Shown here: in pieces, positions 50,450 through 64,000 of the stretch | Numbering within the stretch: the first letter of the stretch is position 1 | Layout of the letters: every line of letters starts with the position of its first letter | Source of the DNA: Paraspadella gotoi | Lineage: Eukaryota > Animalia > Chaetognatha | Direction of reading: 5' to 3' | DNA: 64,000 nt | Assembly (NCBI GenBank): GCA_051294375.1 | Contig: CM119269.1 | Coordinates: 4,196,566-4,260,565, forward strand | Made by a program: the position numbers and the translations under genes | The notes under the pieces: generated by a model | What the model saw: the letters and a program-made list of their open reading frames with translations, nothing else | The model's database searches: none | Told to the model about the DNA's origin: nothing

Positions 50450-50845
50450 AGAGAGAGCTCCCACGCATTGTACCAGTTCCTCACTAATCCCTCATAAGAA
50501 GGCGCCATCTCCTGCGCGGCATATATATATATTCGTAACAGTGCGTTCCTATAACCCCCGCTCCGGCCTCATTCGCGGCTCGAGCCGCAAGGCACGCTTT
50601 TTCCTCCTTCGTCTGCGTGTAGCGTGAGTTTAAGAAGGGAAAAGAGAGAGCGAGGTGAGGTTCGAGTGAGTTTTAAATGGCTTGAGCGATGAGGGTGCAG
50701 GTGAAGCGATCTTAGTGAGATGATGAGATGATGTAGATGATGGTGTAGAAGATAGATGGCGAATGTGAACCGTGAACAATTATAATGATCGTGAAGTAGG
50801 GTGACGCGAGAAAATACGCCACGAAATTAATTAAGTGAATTTTGG
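50450..50845 (+). repeat. Noisy direct copy of 48440-48795
   Basis: Shared anchors in the same order (gagagctccca, gcgccatctcctgcgcg, ccggcctcatt, agaagggaaaagagagagcgaggtgag, gtgaagcgatctt, ggtgacgcga..acgccacg..aattaatt) with many indels. It lies downstream of the 25-N gap at 49915-49939. Confidence 0.75.
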
Positions 50846-50848
50846 TGA

Positions 50849-50884
<36 letters not shown>

Positions 50885-51194
50885 CGACCTAGTCAAATGC
50901 TGCACACTTCGTTCTTCCGGAAATAGCACGAAAGAGAAATCCCCCAAGGAATACAAATGATTTGTAGAAATAGAGTCTTCGTTTTGTTTATTTATATTTT
51001 GGACGAAAAGGAATCGTTATCGATTTGAAATTGGGTTTTCGGATGGAACGAGGAATCATGGAATCGAGTTGATGAGAAGAAAAGAAGAATGAGTTGATTG
51101 AAGACGACGAGAATGCCGACGATAATGAAGGAAAAGATAAGGAAGGAAAGAATGAATAACTCTCTTCCTATGATTACTCTAAAGTGAGGTAAAG

Positions 51195-51281
<87 letters not shown>

Positions 51282-51655
51282 AAAAAAGAAAGAAAAAGAA
51301 AAAGAAAAGAAGAGAAAAAGAAGAATAAAATAAATATATCAATAATGTTGACATAAACGTAATCGACAAAGAAAGATCGAAAACTCTGAGGCGTGAAGGA
51401 GTCTCGAGAATCGATGGCGACTCAGCGGAAGCGAAACTCGAGAATTCGATAAACGTCACTCGGTGAAAACTGGGAAGGAAGAAAGTGGAACGATGACAGG
51501 AGGGAGAGAGGGAGAGAGGGAGAGAGAGGGAGAGGGAGAGAGCGAGAGGAAGGGGAGAAGAAAGTGAAGCCAAAGCCGAGAGATGATTAAGGCTGAAAGG
51601 AGAGAAGCGGAGCAAGGCTGAGGTCATGCTTTCGGAGGAATCCATCGAATCTTAC

Positions 51656-51688
<33 letters not shown>

Positions 51689-52698
51689 TCAGCGACGATA
51701 TGTAAGCAGCTGCAGTTGCAACGGTAGACAAGCGTAAAAACCGGAAGTCTGTCGCTCGAAGAACATGCACGAACCTTGTTTTTTCTTGTTTTGTTTTTGA
51801 TATATATTTAGGTTTTCTTTCCTTTTTTTGCTGGCAAGCTTTTTTTTTCGATACTTTTTATGTTCGGCTGCTCTTTTTTTTTTTAGATCTTTTAAACTAT
51901 TCCTGGCCTTTTACTTTTTTCTTATATAAAGAATGGTAAATAGAAAAGACGAATTTAAAAAAAGAAAAAAAGATAAATACGATAATAGAAAATGAAAAGG
52001 GAAAAAAAGTCGAGAAAAAAAAAACCAAAGAATAAATAAAGGAGGAAAAAATTCGGCTCACGCTCGCTCCTCTGGCGGAGGAATGAGGAAACAAAAACCC
52101 GCAGATGCCGGGAAGAAAAAAAATTGGAAAAAAACAAAAGATCCGAGGCANNNNNNNNNNNNNNNNNNNNNNNNNNNNNNNNNNNNNNNNNNNNNNNNNN
52201 NNNNNNNNNNNNNNNNNNNNNNNNNNNNNNNNNNNNNNNNNNNNNNNNNNNNNNNNNNNNNNNNNNNNNNNNNNNNNNNNNNNNNNNNNNNNNNNNNNNN
52301 NNNNNNNNNNNNNNNNNNNNNNNNNNNNNNNNNNNNNNNNNNNNNNNNNNNNNNNNNNNNNNNNNNNNNNNNNNNNNNNNNNNNNNNNNNNNNNNNNNNN
52401 NNNNNNNNNNNNNNNNNNNNNNNNNNNNNATTATCTTTTCTCCTCTCTAATTTTCTTTTTCCTTTTATTTTTTTAATTATGATCTTCTTCTTTTTCCCTT
52501 TAATTTAATTTTTTTTTAATTTCTTTTTCATTTTTTCTGATACATATATTAACTTCAGTCTTTGAGCAGTTTTCTTTTTTTAAATCTTTTTTATTTTTGT
52601 TTTTCTTTTTTTTTGTTTTGACGCGAATCAACAAAGAGGAAAAAAGGTCGAGTTAAAGAAGATTCACCTCGGGATTCTCTCATTAACGCTCGATTAAT

Positions 52699-52746
<48 letters not shown>

Positions 52747-53490
52747 TCTCTGCCACTCGATGTCACGAGTCAGCCCCACTTCTCCTTCCCCGCTTCTCGG
52801 TCGTAAACCCCGACGCGAATCTCCCTTTCCTCCGGCTTCCTCCTCTTCCTCATTTCCCCCTCCTCCTTCTCTTCCTCCTCATCTTCATCGTCGTCTGACT
52901 ATTCCTCATAACAATCATGACAAATGTTAGAGTCGAGGGAGCGGGGAGCCTGGCAGTGGCGAGGACAATGGAGGGAGAGAGAGAGAGAGAGATTAGAAAA
53001 AGGAGGGAAAGACAAATCAACATAAATTCAGTCGCGGATACCGGTGAGCGAAAAAGAAAGAAAAAAGNNNNNNNNNNNNNNNNNNNNNNNNNNNNNNNNN
53101 NNNNNNNNNNNNNNNNNNNNNNNNNNNNNNNNNNNNNNNNNNNNNNNNNNNNNNNNNNNNNNNNNNNNNNNNNNNNNNNNNNNNNNNNNNNNNNNNNNNN
53201 NNNNNNNNNNNNNNNNNNNNNNNNNNNNNNNNNNNNNNNNNNNNNNNNNNNNNNNNNNNNNNNNNNNNNNNNNNNNNNNNNNNNNNNNNNNNNNNNNNNN
53301 NNNNNNNNNNNNNNNNNNNNNNNNNNNNNNNNNGGGGGGGGAGCGGAGAGAGAAATTGGTCTCAGCTCTGAGTCATCCGATTCCGACTGAATGGAAAGAA
53401 AAATAAATATTTCTTTAATTTAATTTGTCGATAGTTGATATGAGTAAAAGCGATTTACTAATTGGTAGTTTCTGTATGTCTGTCTGTCTG

Positions 53491-53594
<104 letters not shown>

Positions 53595-54771
53595 TCACCC
53601 GAATTATCTAACCGAAAATTTGATCTCAAAAGTCAATTCGTTTCGAATCAGCTTTCGCCGAGAGCAGATTTCGGTAGCAACCTTTTTGTCGTCGTTGTTG
53701 TTGTTGTCAATAAGGTGGCAGACGTCATCGTCGTCGTCGTCATTATCGTCGTCGTCGACGTGCGCCATTTTCTCTCCCCCCGTTTATTTTTTTTTCTTCT
53801 TCTCAAAATCGAAAGACGTCAAAATGTCATTAAAAACACACGAAAGATTCTTTTCTCGGCTTTTATAAAATATATTCCTCTTCCTCCATTCCGCTCTTCC
53901 TTCTCCCTTCGACTTAACACCATTCCCTCCTCATTCCTTTTTTTTTTCACGGCCACAAAAACAATTTTGTGTGATTCTCTTTTTCGGTTTTTCTTTTTCT
54001 TCAAATTTTTAAAAGATTTTCGAAAAAAGAAAACCGCATTTAACGGCGATTTTCTTTCTTTTTTTTATTGGTGTTCGAAATAACGAGGGAATTTGGATTT
54101 TATCCGTGATTAACGACGACGGATTGAGTCGCTTTTTTAGGGATCGAAATTCCCGGATGTGATTAATTAGTGTGATAGGTTTTTCTTTTCCAATCGCCTA
54201 AGATAATTTATATCTCGATCACTCTTCACACGTGATGCGTCGTCATCGTTAAGAGTGAAACTCACAAATAAAAAGTAAGAAAATTCATTCACTTATTCTT
54301 CGAAGGCAAAATGATAAAGAGGCGTCAGAACGAAGGACTTTTAGCAGATGGTTTGGGNNNNNNNNNNNNNNNNNNNNNNNNNNNNNNNNNNNNNNNNNNN
54401 NNNNNNNNNNNNNNNNNNNNNNNNNNNNNNNNNNNNNNNNNNNNNNNNNNNNNNNNNNNNNNNNNNNNNNNNNNNNNNNNNNNNNNNNNNNNNNNNNNNN
54501 NNNNNNNNNNNNNNNNNNNNNNNNNNNNNNNNNNNNNNNNNNNNNNNNNNNNNNNNNNNNNNNNNNNNNNNNNNNNNNNNNNNNNNNNNNNNNNNNNNNN
54601 NNNNNNNNNNNNNNNNNNNNNNATTATAAATCCTTGCAGTTTCGCCGTTGAGTTTGAACTCACCCGCCGTCCTTCTTTTCGCCCTTACCTTTTTCGCATC
54701 TTCTCCCCCTTTCCCCTTCTTATCCTTCTCGCTGTCGCTTCTCTCTTTACGCTTCACTCTCGCCCATTCCC

Positions 54772-54873
54772 ATTGGCCATTCTAAAAGCTCTCGACGGCC
54801 TCCGATTGGCAGAATCTATCTTCTCTCCCGTCTCTAATTGGTCGATATTCCGCGTTCCTCGGCGCCTCATTGG
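54772..54873. promoter_or_regulatory. Array of four CCAAT (ATTGG) boxes, NF-Y-type promoter
   Basis: ATTGG starts at 54772, 54805, 54837 and 54869 (spacing 33, 32, 32) with unrelated spacers. Confidence 0.65.
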
Positions 54874-55191
54874 TCCATTTAAGCGCGACGTCCCGATTTT
54901 CTCCTTCTACTCAATTTTTTTTTTTTTCGCGCTCATTTAGTTTTTAGAAATTCCAAGGATTTTTTATGGAGGAAGTAAAGGGGAAAGAAATTGTCGGAAA
55001 TTCGCGCGGAGTTGGCGAACGGTGAGGGTCGTTCGATGGGACGGGACGACGGNNNNNNNNNNNNNNNNNNNNNNNNNNNNNNNNNNNNNNNNNNNNNNNN
55101 NNNNNNNNNNNNNNNNNNNNNNNNNNNNNNNNNNNNNNNNNNNNNNNNNNNNNNNNNNNNNNNNNNNNNNNNNNNNNNNNNNNNNNNNNNN

Positions 55192-55225
<34 letters not shown>

Positions 55226-55685
55226 ATTCATATACCATTACTTATTACGTCGGATAAAAATGATTAAATTAGACTACTTCATATTCGTTCAGATGGCAAA
55301 ACCAATAACGAGATCAGGATTGCGACTGACTCTGACTTCGACTCAAACGTTCCTTTGCATCAAAATTTCAGGACGAAATGAAAAATACGGGGCCTGAATT
55401 CTTAAATGTCTAATTTTGTTTTCTTAGTAAATAGTACGGCCGGGAAGTACTAACGTTAAAGGAAAAAGGAGGGAACACAAATTCAAATGGGTGCTTTAAG
55501 ATAATATTTATTTATATGGTTTCCGTATTTGTGAATTCAAACCCGAATCATTTTGTCTAAAAACAATTTTTTTTAAGGATAATTTGGATTTGCATTCCAT
55601 TCTGTCTCGCTCTCTTTTCTTCGACGACAGAGCCTTTTATAACTAATTAATAGTTGAGAGAGAGAGAGAGAAAGAAATAAAAAAA

Positions 55686-55795
<110 letters not shown>

Positions 55796-55996
55796 AAGAA
55801 AATATGCCTCCCGGTTCCTCCCACTCAGCTCGTTCTCTCTAATTGACAATCCTTCCTTTTTTTTAATCGACGGTAGAAACAATTATTCTTTTTATTTTTT
55901 ACTTATCTTTATTTTTTTGAAATTGATGGGTTCAATCTTCAGTATAAAGAAAAAAATGAACCAAATTAATGTTTTTATCTTGTATTTTCCGTTCAA

Positions 55997-56102
<106 letters not shown>

Positions 56103-56627
56103 TAGAGAGAAATTTAAAAAAAAAATCGATTTTCAAGAATTCATTTGAATTTGTTACGAGTATTTGCGTCAGCGGCAGCGGCAGCAGCAGCTGCGGAATA
56201 TTCCTGCCTTTCTGAGGCGACGAGGGCGATGAAGCAGGGGAATCCGGCCGGCCGCTGCGGCAGCCCAAGGCAGCTGCAGTATAATTCGACAGCAGCTGAG
56301 GTTCGTGTGTCCTGCGGCGGAGCAATATTGCCATAACAAAACGGATAGGAAATGGGGATGATGGAGAGAAATCTCTCTCCTTTTTTTCTTTTATATTCTC
56401 TCCTTTCTTTTTCTGGTCTTCTTTTTACTTTCCTTTCTTTTTTCCTTTCTTTTTCTCTTCAACGCCTTTTTTTTCGTTTTTAGTGGGTTGCTATTTTCTA
56501 ATACTGTTTTTGTCCAGACTTCGATTCACCTTAAATACCGTAATCGTTATCCATTTAGGATTCAAACCAAACCGCCTTCTCTTCCTTCCTCCTTTTTCCT
56601 TTCCATGCCCTTAAAGCAGGAAAATAA

Positions 56628-56668
<41 letters not shown>

Positions 56669-56674
56669 CTCTCT

Positions 56675-56715
<41 letters not shown>

Positions 56716-57004
56716 CTCTAACCCAACATTATAGCGGCTGTTAATTTTTATTGNNNNNNNNNNNNNNNNNNNNNNNNNNNNNNNNNNNNNNNNNNNNNNN
56801 NNNNNNNNNNNNNNNNNNNNTTTTTTTTTTGAACGGGATCAGAAAAAGGGGCAAAGAAAGGTTTTAGTTTTGACATTTACTCCGAGTTTATTTCGGCTTT
56901 CAATCGCCGACGGTTTATCAACTTACGAATTAACAACGAATCTCAGGGACTGACGTCGGCGAGTGAACCGACAAATAAAAGACTAACGGATTTCTAACTT
57001 GGGC

Positions 57005-57124
<120 letters not shown>

Positions 57125-57413
57125 CTCGTGTCTTGAGTTTAAAGTTCGAAACCGAATTAAAATTTCAAGTTGTTCATTAGAGTAAAGAAAACATGACAAA
57201 AAAAAATAAATAGAATTATAGAAGAAAGAAGATCGATTTTTTTTCGGTTTTCATGCGAGAATTCAAATCGGTAAAACCGCGCGGAGAATGACAACGACGA
57301 AAAGAACGACGACGACGACGACAATGATTATTGTTCCACGATGATGATAATTAACTACGGCCAAGATCGGAATAACGAGAAGGAGATTTTGTGTGGAGAG
57401 AGAGAGAGAGGAG

Positions 57414-57451
<38 letters not shown>

Positions 57452-57494
57452 AGAGGAGAGAGAGAGCAAAAAAACTAAAGCCGAAAACAAGCCG

Positions 57495-57529
<35 letters not shown>

Positions 57530-57687
57530 GAGTGCAGCCTTTTAAAGAGTGATGGGGATCAGGTTGTAAATGAAAAGACCAGATTACATTGGACGAGCCT
57601 CCCAGCTGAAGCGAAAATACCAAATACATTCCAGAAGCTAAGATTCACAGTCAGCATTTTTTTCTCTTAACTTCGTCGTTGCTGTCT

Positions 57688-57760
57688 ATCAGTTTGCTGT
57701 CGTCCAACCAATTAGTTCGCTGTCGTCCAACCAATCAGTTCGCTGTCGTCCAACCAATCT
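57688..57760 (+). repeat. 23-bp tandem repeat x3 (tcagttcgctgtcgtccaaccaa), each copy creating a CCAAT box
   Basis: Read directly from the sequence: ..gctgtcgtccaaccaattagttcgctgtcgtccaaccaatcagttcgctgtcgtccaaccaatc. Confidence 0.85.
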
Positions 57761-57817
57761 GGCAAATTGGAAGGCGACGTCGAAGATTTCATCCTCGAAT
57801 TCAGAATAACAGAGTCA

Positions 57818-57850
<33 letters not shown>

Positions 57851-58108
57851 TCTTGATGCGAGGACGCTTCGAGGGAAAAACGTGTCGCGCATTTGAGATG
57901 CCTCGTCGTGTCGCGCGAGTCTTAGGGCGGTATCGAGACGGGCCGACCCGCGAGGGTTCTGCCCCTTCCATGCCCCTCAGGCCCGTGCCGGAAGGGCTGC
58001 GGCTCTAAATCGCACCCCGCCGGGAGTCGACGTGGTGGACCCGACCCGACCCTCGATTGTTTCAAAGGGAAAAAAAATCGATTGATTAAAAAGACGAGAA
58101 GGAAATTT

Positions 58109-58217
<109 letters not shown>

Positions 58218-59318
58218 ATGATGTAAAGAATAACACAACATCGGTAATTTTATTAGAAATTTTTTGTTTAAATTTCAACAAATAACAAATGAGGAATTTT
58301 TTAATCAGATAATGTGGGTCATGTCTTGTTTGAGATCCTTTTAAGATTTACTTTGTTCTCTCACGCTAATTTTTTTTTCTTCGCTATTTATATCTTCGTT
58401 TTTAGGAATACTTTTTCGATCGTTCTCTTTCGAAATTTAACCAAGCTTTGCTCATCACTTTTCTCCAAGCAATTTCGCTTCCCCCCCACAAGCGGCCACC
58501 ACAATCCCGTCCGCCCTTCCACATTAGATCCCACATTTTTCATACGAGAGAAAAAGAACTCGAATCACTTTTTCCCGACGACGAATCGGAGAACCTCGGA
58601 TCGAGACAGGGTGTAACCGGAGAATGAGGAGAAGGACGTTACGCAAGTGGGATCCGAAGGATAAGCGCCGTCAGCAGTGAGAGAGAGAGAAGAGAGGAAA
58701 AAAATCCGTTTCCGAGATGATTTGAGTTTTAATTCCTGAAATGAAATCGGTGTTAATGAATCGAGTTGAGCCGCGAATTCCTTCATCAAAAACTTTTTTT
58801 TTCGGCTCAACTGACTTTTTATTGACTGCGAGAAATTGACTTTTTTTTCCTCTGCACTGAAAACGGATCTATTACGCTAATTTTGAGACTCCGTATGAGT
58901 CATGATCGTCCGATAATGAGTAGTTCGATGTTTAGGGGCTTTGAATTTTATCACCTCGTCACGCGTAAAAATTCTCTGAAATAGCTAAATATCCTAACTT
59001 CCTTTTCTCCTTACTCTTTTCTCTCTTTCTTCCTTCCTTTCCTCCCTCCCCCCTCCTTCCCCTCTCCAACATCCGGGTCCCGGATGTATAAAAACAAAGT
59101 GAAGGGAAATAAAAATCTGATGAAAAGAAAAGCAAAGGGGAGAGACTCAGGTGGTCGAGCCAATCCAACGAAGATGCGAAGAAAAACAAAGAAATTATTT
59201 TTTACTTTTTTGGTTTTTCTTCACAAAATCGAATATTCGCTTAGTTTCACGTGTTTAGAATTCGTAAATAAATTATTTATCTTTTTCTCGAAAGGATATA
59301 CAATTCAATTGTCCGTCA

Positions 59319-59356
<38 letters not shown>

Positions 59357-59404
59357 TTTCGATTTGGCACAAGGACCACAGAAAAGAATATTCTTTTTAT
59401 TCCA

Positions 59405-59439
<35 letters not shown>

Positions 59440-61338
59440 AAGGGTTGGGAGGTGGGAAAGAGTGAGGGAAAGGAAGAGAAAAAAAAAAGGAAAGAAAGAA
59501 ATAAGAAAATGAGAATGTTCTTCCTTTTCTCTACTTTCAAAAAAAAAGGAAAAAAAAAAGGAAAAAGCCGAAATCGTAAAATTCATGGAAAAATTCCTGT
59601 CGAGACTCAGGAGGAAGAGGAGGAGGGGGAAGAGGAGGAGGAAGAGGAAGAAAGGAAAAAAAAAGGGGAGCCAATTCCTTTTCTGGGAGAATGGCAAAGA
59701 ATTTTCCACCTCTTTTTTTTATTCTTTCTTTTTATCTTTCCTCCTCTTTCATTTCTTTCTCCTTCACCTCCTCCTCCTCCTCCTCCTCCTCCATCTCCTG
59801 TTTCTCCTTCACCCGGCTTCAGGAGCGATTTCTCATTCTCCTCTTCCTCCTCCTCCTCCTCCTCCTCCTCCTCCTCCTCCTCCTCCTCCTCCTCCTCCTC
59901 CTCCTCCTTTCTCCCTCCCTATCTTCCATCTTCCTTCGTCGAGGCTACGATATGAATTTCAATTGCAACTTTGTGTCAATTCCTTCTTTCCTCCTTAGAG
60001 CTTTTTTCCTTTTTTCCTTTTCCTTGATTTTCTCCTGCTTCTTCTTCTTCTTTCTCCTTCTCTTTCTTCTTCTTCATTCTCCTCTTCCTCCTCCTCCTCC
60101 TACCCGGAAATCGAGAACAAAAGATCAGTCGTAACAAGGATGAGTTAAATTCGAGGCGAAGTCAGTTTTAAGTTTTGACAACGAATTTTATTTTTCGCGT
60201 CGAGGTTAGAGATGAGACGGATGGGAAAAATAAGAATTAAGAGATTCCACGGCAACGCGGCGGGGACTAGGCGTGGGGAGAGGGGCACGGGGTGTGTCGT
60301 GGCGGGTTAGGGGTTGAGGGGGTGAACCACGTTCGAGGGGATCTATGGACGGGAGTGGGGATTCTGAGGGTAGGGAATCGTCGCTCTCGTCTCGAGGCCG
60401 ATTGGACGGAAAAAGAAAACTTCCGAAAACCGAGTTCAAGTTGGCATTGTTCATTTGGGGCCATGATATGAGAGGGATGGAGAGAGAGAGTGAGAGAGGG
60501 AGGGGTTGGTGAGAAAGATAGAGAGAGAGAGAGAAATGTAAAAAGGTTAAAAAATATAGGAAAGCCTGTTTCACACCGTAATGAGAGTCATTGTCCTCTG
60601 AAGCCAGTCTGCCTTGCGAGTTTAATGACGAGAAAAAATTGTGATTGATATAAGGCGTCACAGAGTCCCTTTCTGGTGAGAGTCTTACGAGAGGAAGAAA
60701 AACGCTTTCACAGAGAGATAGATCATGACGCGATTAGTAAGATAACATTTTTAAAAAATTGAGTGGAGTTCCTGATTTTATTAGGTAAGAAAGAAATAAA
60801 ATCGCCTGCTATCTTTAAAATTCATTTGCTCGCTGAGAATTATTTTGGTTCCCCTGTTCAAACGCCGGTCGTTTAGAAGTATTTTTAAAATTGTTTTCTC
60901 TACAAAAGTAAACCAAAGTTTTTTTTTCTCCATCGCCGTATAAGAATTTATGATGTATGAATGTATGAATGTATGAATGTACGCCACAACGAGACGATTC
61001 GATTCAATCGCTTTTCTAATTTCTTCACATTTTGTTCGCCATTTTCATCTGGACCCACTTCGACTAAAGTCATTTCGAAAGTTTTAACTAATTCAATTTA
61101 ATTTTTTCTCGTTATATTTATTTATTCGCGAAAGATTTCCTCGCGATGACGAAATAAATGTCTTGTTATTCTTTCTTCTCTCCAAATCTGTTTTGGCTTT
61201 TATCTCCGGAAACCAGACTTATTTAAAAAAAATTTTCTCAAAAGGTCTCGAGATTAATGAATATCCTTTCTCTTCTTTTTCTTCTTCCAAGAAAAAAAAG
61301 GATGAAGAAAGTGAATACAAGAACGGTGATTCCAATGT

Positions 61339-61660
61339 GTTGCGCCTTTTATCAAGATGATATGACATGACATGACATGACTAAAAAACTTTTTTCCCGT
61401 GTATTTATAACATGCACTGATCAAAATCTGTGTTTTATTCTTTAGTTTTAGGAATTCTTGAAGGCGCGCTAGCAGTATCTTAGATTTGAGGTTTTTCTGC
61501 TATAAACAAATGAGCAACCAACTATAGGCAAATTTACATGCATTTTCAACATAAGTGGGACAGACCGACGGACAGACATACCGCGGACCGACGGACCGAC
61601 AGACCGATCTAAAAGTGAGTTATAGAGTTTCTCGCGAGTACTCGCGGCGTAACTAAAAAA
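61339..61660 (-). mobile_element. HINE-like element, second independent locus
   Basis: The reverse complement reads ttttttagttacgccgcgagtactcgcg..aactctataactcacttttag..(gtcggtcc)n..cccacttatgttgaaaatgcatgtaaatttgcctatagtt..aaacctcaaatctaagatactgctagcgc..ggcgcaac. It is clearly homologous to 3912-4273, but has many substitutions and unrelated flanks. Confidence 0.62.
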
Positions 61661-61760
61661 AAGAAGAAGAAAATGAAAAAAAGAAAAATGTGGGAAAAAT
61701 TCTTCCTTCTTTCCGCGAAAATTGATGAATGAAGACGGGAGAATAACTCCGTGTTCTCTC

Positions 61761-61797
<37 letters not shown>

Positions 61798-61896
61798 TCT
61801 CCTCTCTCCTCTCCTCTCTCTCTCCTCTCACTGCGTGAATAACGAGATTAAAAATCACGAGGAAAAGGAGGNNNNNNNNNNNNNNNNNNNNNNNNN

Positions 61897-61908
61897 GTTC
61901 TCTCTCTC

Positions 61909-61939
<31 letters not shown>

Positions 61940-64000
61940 ACTCTCTCTCATCTCTCTCTCTCTCTCCCCTCTCTCTCTCACTGCGTGAATAACGAGATTA
62001 AAAATCACGAGGAAAAGGAGGGGAAAAAATCCGTTTCCGAGATGATTTGAGTTTTAATTCCTGAAATGAATCGGTGTTAATGAATCGAGTTGAGCCGCGA
62101 ATTCCTTCATCAAAAAACTTTTTTTTTTCGGCTCAACTGACTTTTTATTGACTGCGAAGAAATTGACTTTTTTTCTCTCTGCACTTGAAAACAGGATCTA
62201 TTACGCTAATTTTGAGTCTCCGTATGTGTCATGATCCGTCCGATAATGAGAAGTTCGATGTTTAGGGACTTTGAATTTTATCACCTCGTCACGCGTAAAA
62301 ATTCTCTGAAATAGCTAAATATCCTAACTTCCTTTCTCCTTACTCTTTTCTCTCTTTCTTCCTTCCTTTTCTCCCTCCCCCTCCTTCCCCTCTCCAAACA
62401 TCCGGGGTTCCGCGGATGTATAAAAACAAAGTGAAGGGAAATAAAAATCTGATGAAAAGAAAAGCAAAGGGGAGACTCGTGGTCGAATCTCTCTCTTACC
62501 ACGTTCGAGGGGATCTATGGACGGGAGTGGGGATTCTGAGGGGGGTAGGGGAATCGTCGCTCTCGTCTCGAGGCCGATTGGACGGAAAAAGAAAACTTGC
62601 CGAAAACCGAGTTCAAGGTTGGATTGTTCATTTGGGGCCATGATATGAGACGGATGGAGAGAGAGAGTGAGAGAGGGAGGGGTTGGTGAGAAAGATAGAG
62701 AGAGAGAGAGAAATGTAAAAAGGTGAAAAAAATATAGGAAAGCCTGTTTCACATCCGTAAATGAGAGTCATTGTCCTCTGAAGCCAAGTCTGCCTTGCGA
62801 GTTTAATGACGAGAAAAAATTGTGATTGATATAAGGCGTCACAGAGTCCCTTTCTGGTGAGAGTCTTACGAGAGGAAGAAAAAAAACGCTTCACAGAGAA
62901 GATAGACTGACCCCGATTAGTAAGATAACATTTTTAAAAAATTGAGTGGAGTTCCTGATTATTATTAGGTAAGAAAGAAAATAAAATCGCCAGCTAAATT
63001 CTTTAAAAATTCATTTGCTCGCTGAGAAATTATTTTGGTTCCCCTGTTCAAACGCCGGTCGTTTAGAAGTATTTTTAAAGATTGTTTTCTCTACAAAAGT
63101 AAACCAAAGTTTTTTTTTCTCCATCGCCGTATAAGAATGTATGAATGTATGAATGTATGAATGTATGAATGTACGCCACAACGAGACGATTCGATTCCAA
63201 TCGCTTTTCTAATTTCTTCACATTTTGTTCGCCATTTTCATCTTGACCACTTCTACTAAAGTCATTTCGAAAGTTTTAACTACTTCAATTTAATTTTTTC
63301 TCGTTATATTTATTTATTCGCGAAAGATTTCCTCGCGATGACGAATGACTGTCTTGTTATTCTTTCTTCTCTCCAAATCTGTTTTGCTTTTATCTCCGGA
63401 AACCAGACTTATTTAAAAAATTTTTCTCAAAAGTCTCGAGATTAATGAATATCCTTTCTCTTCTTTTTCTTCTTCCAAGAAAAAAAAGGATGAAGAAAGT
63501 GAATACAAGAACGGTGATTCCAATGTGTTGCGCCTTTTATCACATGATATGACATGACACGACTAAAAAACTTTTTTCCCGAGTATTTATGACATGCGCT
63601 GCATTATTCTTTAGTTTTAGGAATTCTTGAAGGCGGCGCTAGCAGTATCTTAGATTTGAGGTTTTTTCTGCTTAAACAAATGAGCAACCAACTATAGGCA
63701 AATTTACATGCATTTTCAACGTAAGTGGGACAGACCGACGGACAGACATACCGACGGACCGACGGACCGACAGATCGATCTAAAAGTGAGTTATAGAGTT
63801 GCTCCGCGAGTACTCGCGGCGTAACTAAAAAAAATAAGAAGAAAATGAAAAAAAGAAAATGTGGGAAAAAATTCTTCCTTCTTCCGCGAAAATTGATGAA
63901 TGAAGACGGAGAGGATAACTCCGTCACCCCCCAACCCCTAACCCGCCCACGACACACCCCGTGCCCCTCTCCCCACCGCCTATCCCCGCCGCGTTGCCGT
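61897..64000 (+). repeat. Re-ordered duplicate of 58.7-61.9 kb (likely assembly artefact)
   Basis: 61897-62021 matches 61751-61871; 62022-62485 matches 58697-59158; 62498-63923 matches 60327-61752; 63924-64000 is the reverse complement of ~60248-60323. It starts right after a 25-N gap. Confidence 0.85.
63527..63834 (-). mobile_element. HINE-like element (duplicate of 61339-61660 within the assembly duplication)
   Basis: Near-identical to 61339-61660 including flanks. Contains the perfect 16-bp palindrome ccgcgagtactcgcgg (63804-63819) at its 5' end. Confidence 0.55.

Noticed and set aside
56145-56336. GC-rich island with poly-Ala ORF (+) or MAILLRRR..SPASSPSSP ORF (-)
   Set aside because: No convincing splice sites or recognisable domain on either strand; kept only as a possible regulatory island.
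60845-60866. Resemblance to miR-133 (ttggttcccctgttcaa)
   Set aside because: The seed is mismatched and no precursor hairpin is evident.

Overview
Eukaryotic (animal, most likely invertebrate) draft-genome window. It has about 25 N-gaps, abundant microsatellites ((GA)n, (GAC)n, (AAAG)n, (ATTT)n, (ATTC)n) and short spliceosomal introns. Three spliced genes can be modelled by hand. (A) A + strand coiled-coil protein of unknown family, ~8.3-14.7 kb, with its 5' part lost in gaps. (B) A - strand ~1140-aa uncharacterised multi-pass membrane protein, 25.0 to 17.5 kb, nine exons, one GC-AG intron. (C) A clear ZNF608/ZNF609 (Drosophila brakeless/scribbler) orthologue, 30.7-36.0 kb, seven exons. A weaker fourth gene (D) may lie on the - strand at 25.8-28.6 kb. 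The last 26 kb is almost devoid of recognisable coding exons. It does carry promoter-like signals: four CCAAT boxes at 32-33 bp spacing, orphan ATG-to-donor first exons, and a GCGCCAC motif cluster. A DINE-1/HINE-like (Helentron-associated) element occurs at two independent loci. The large inverted and direct duplications (1.9-7.3 kb, 48.4-50.8 kb, 58.7-64 kb) sit next to gaps of exactly 25 N and are full of 1-nt indels, so they are most likely long-read gap-filling artefacts. I found no CRISPR array, rRNA or intact tRNA, and no clearly novel biological system. The best leads are gene B, a possible operon/trans-splicing arrangement, and the phased CCAAT promoter. All gene models were read by eye and no database search was run.
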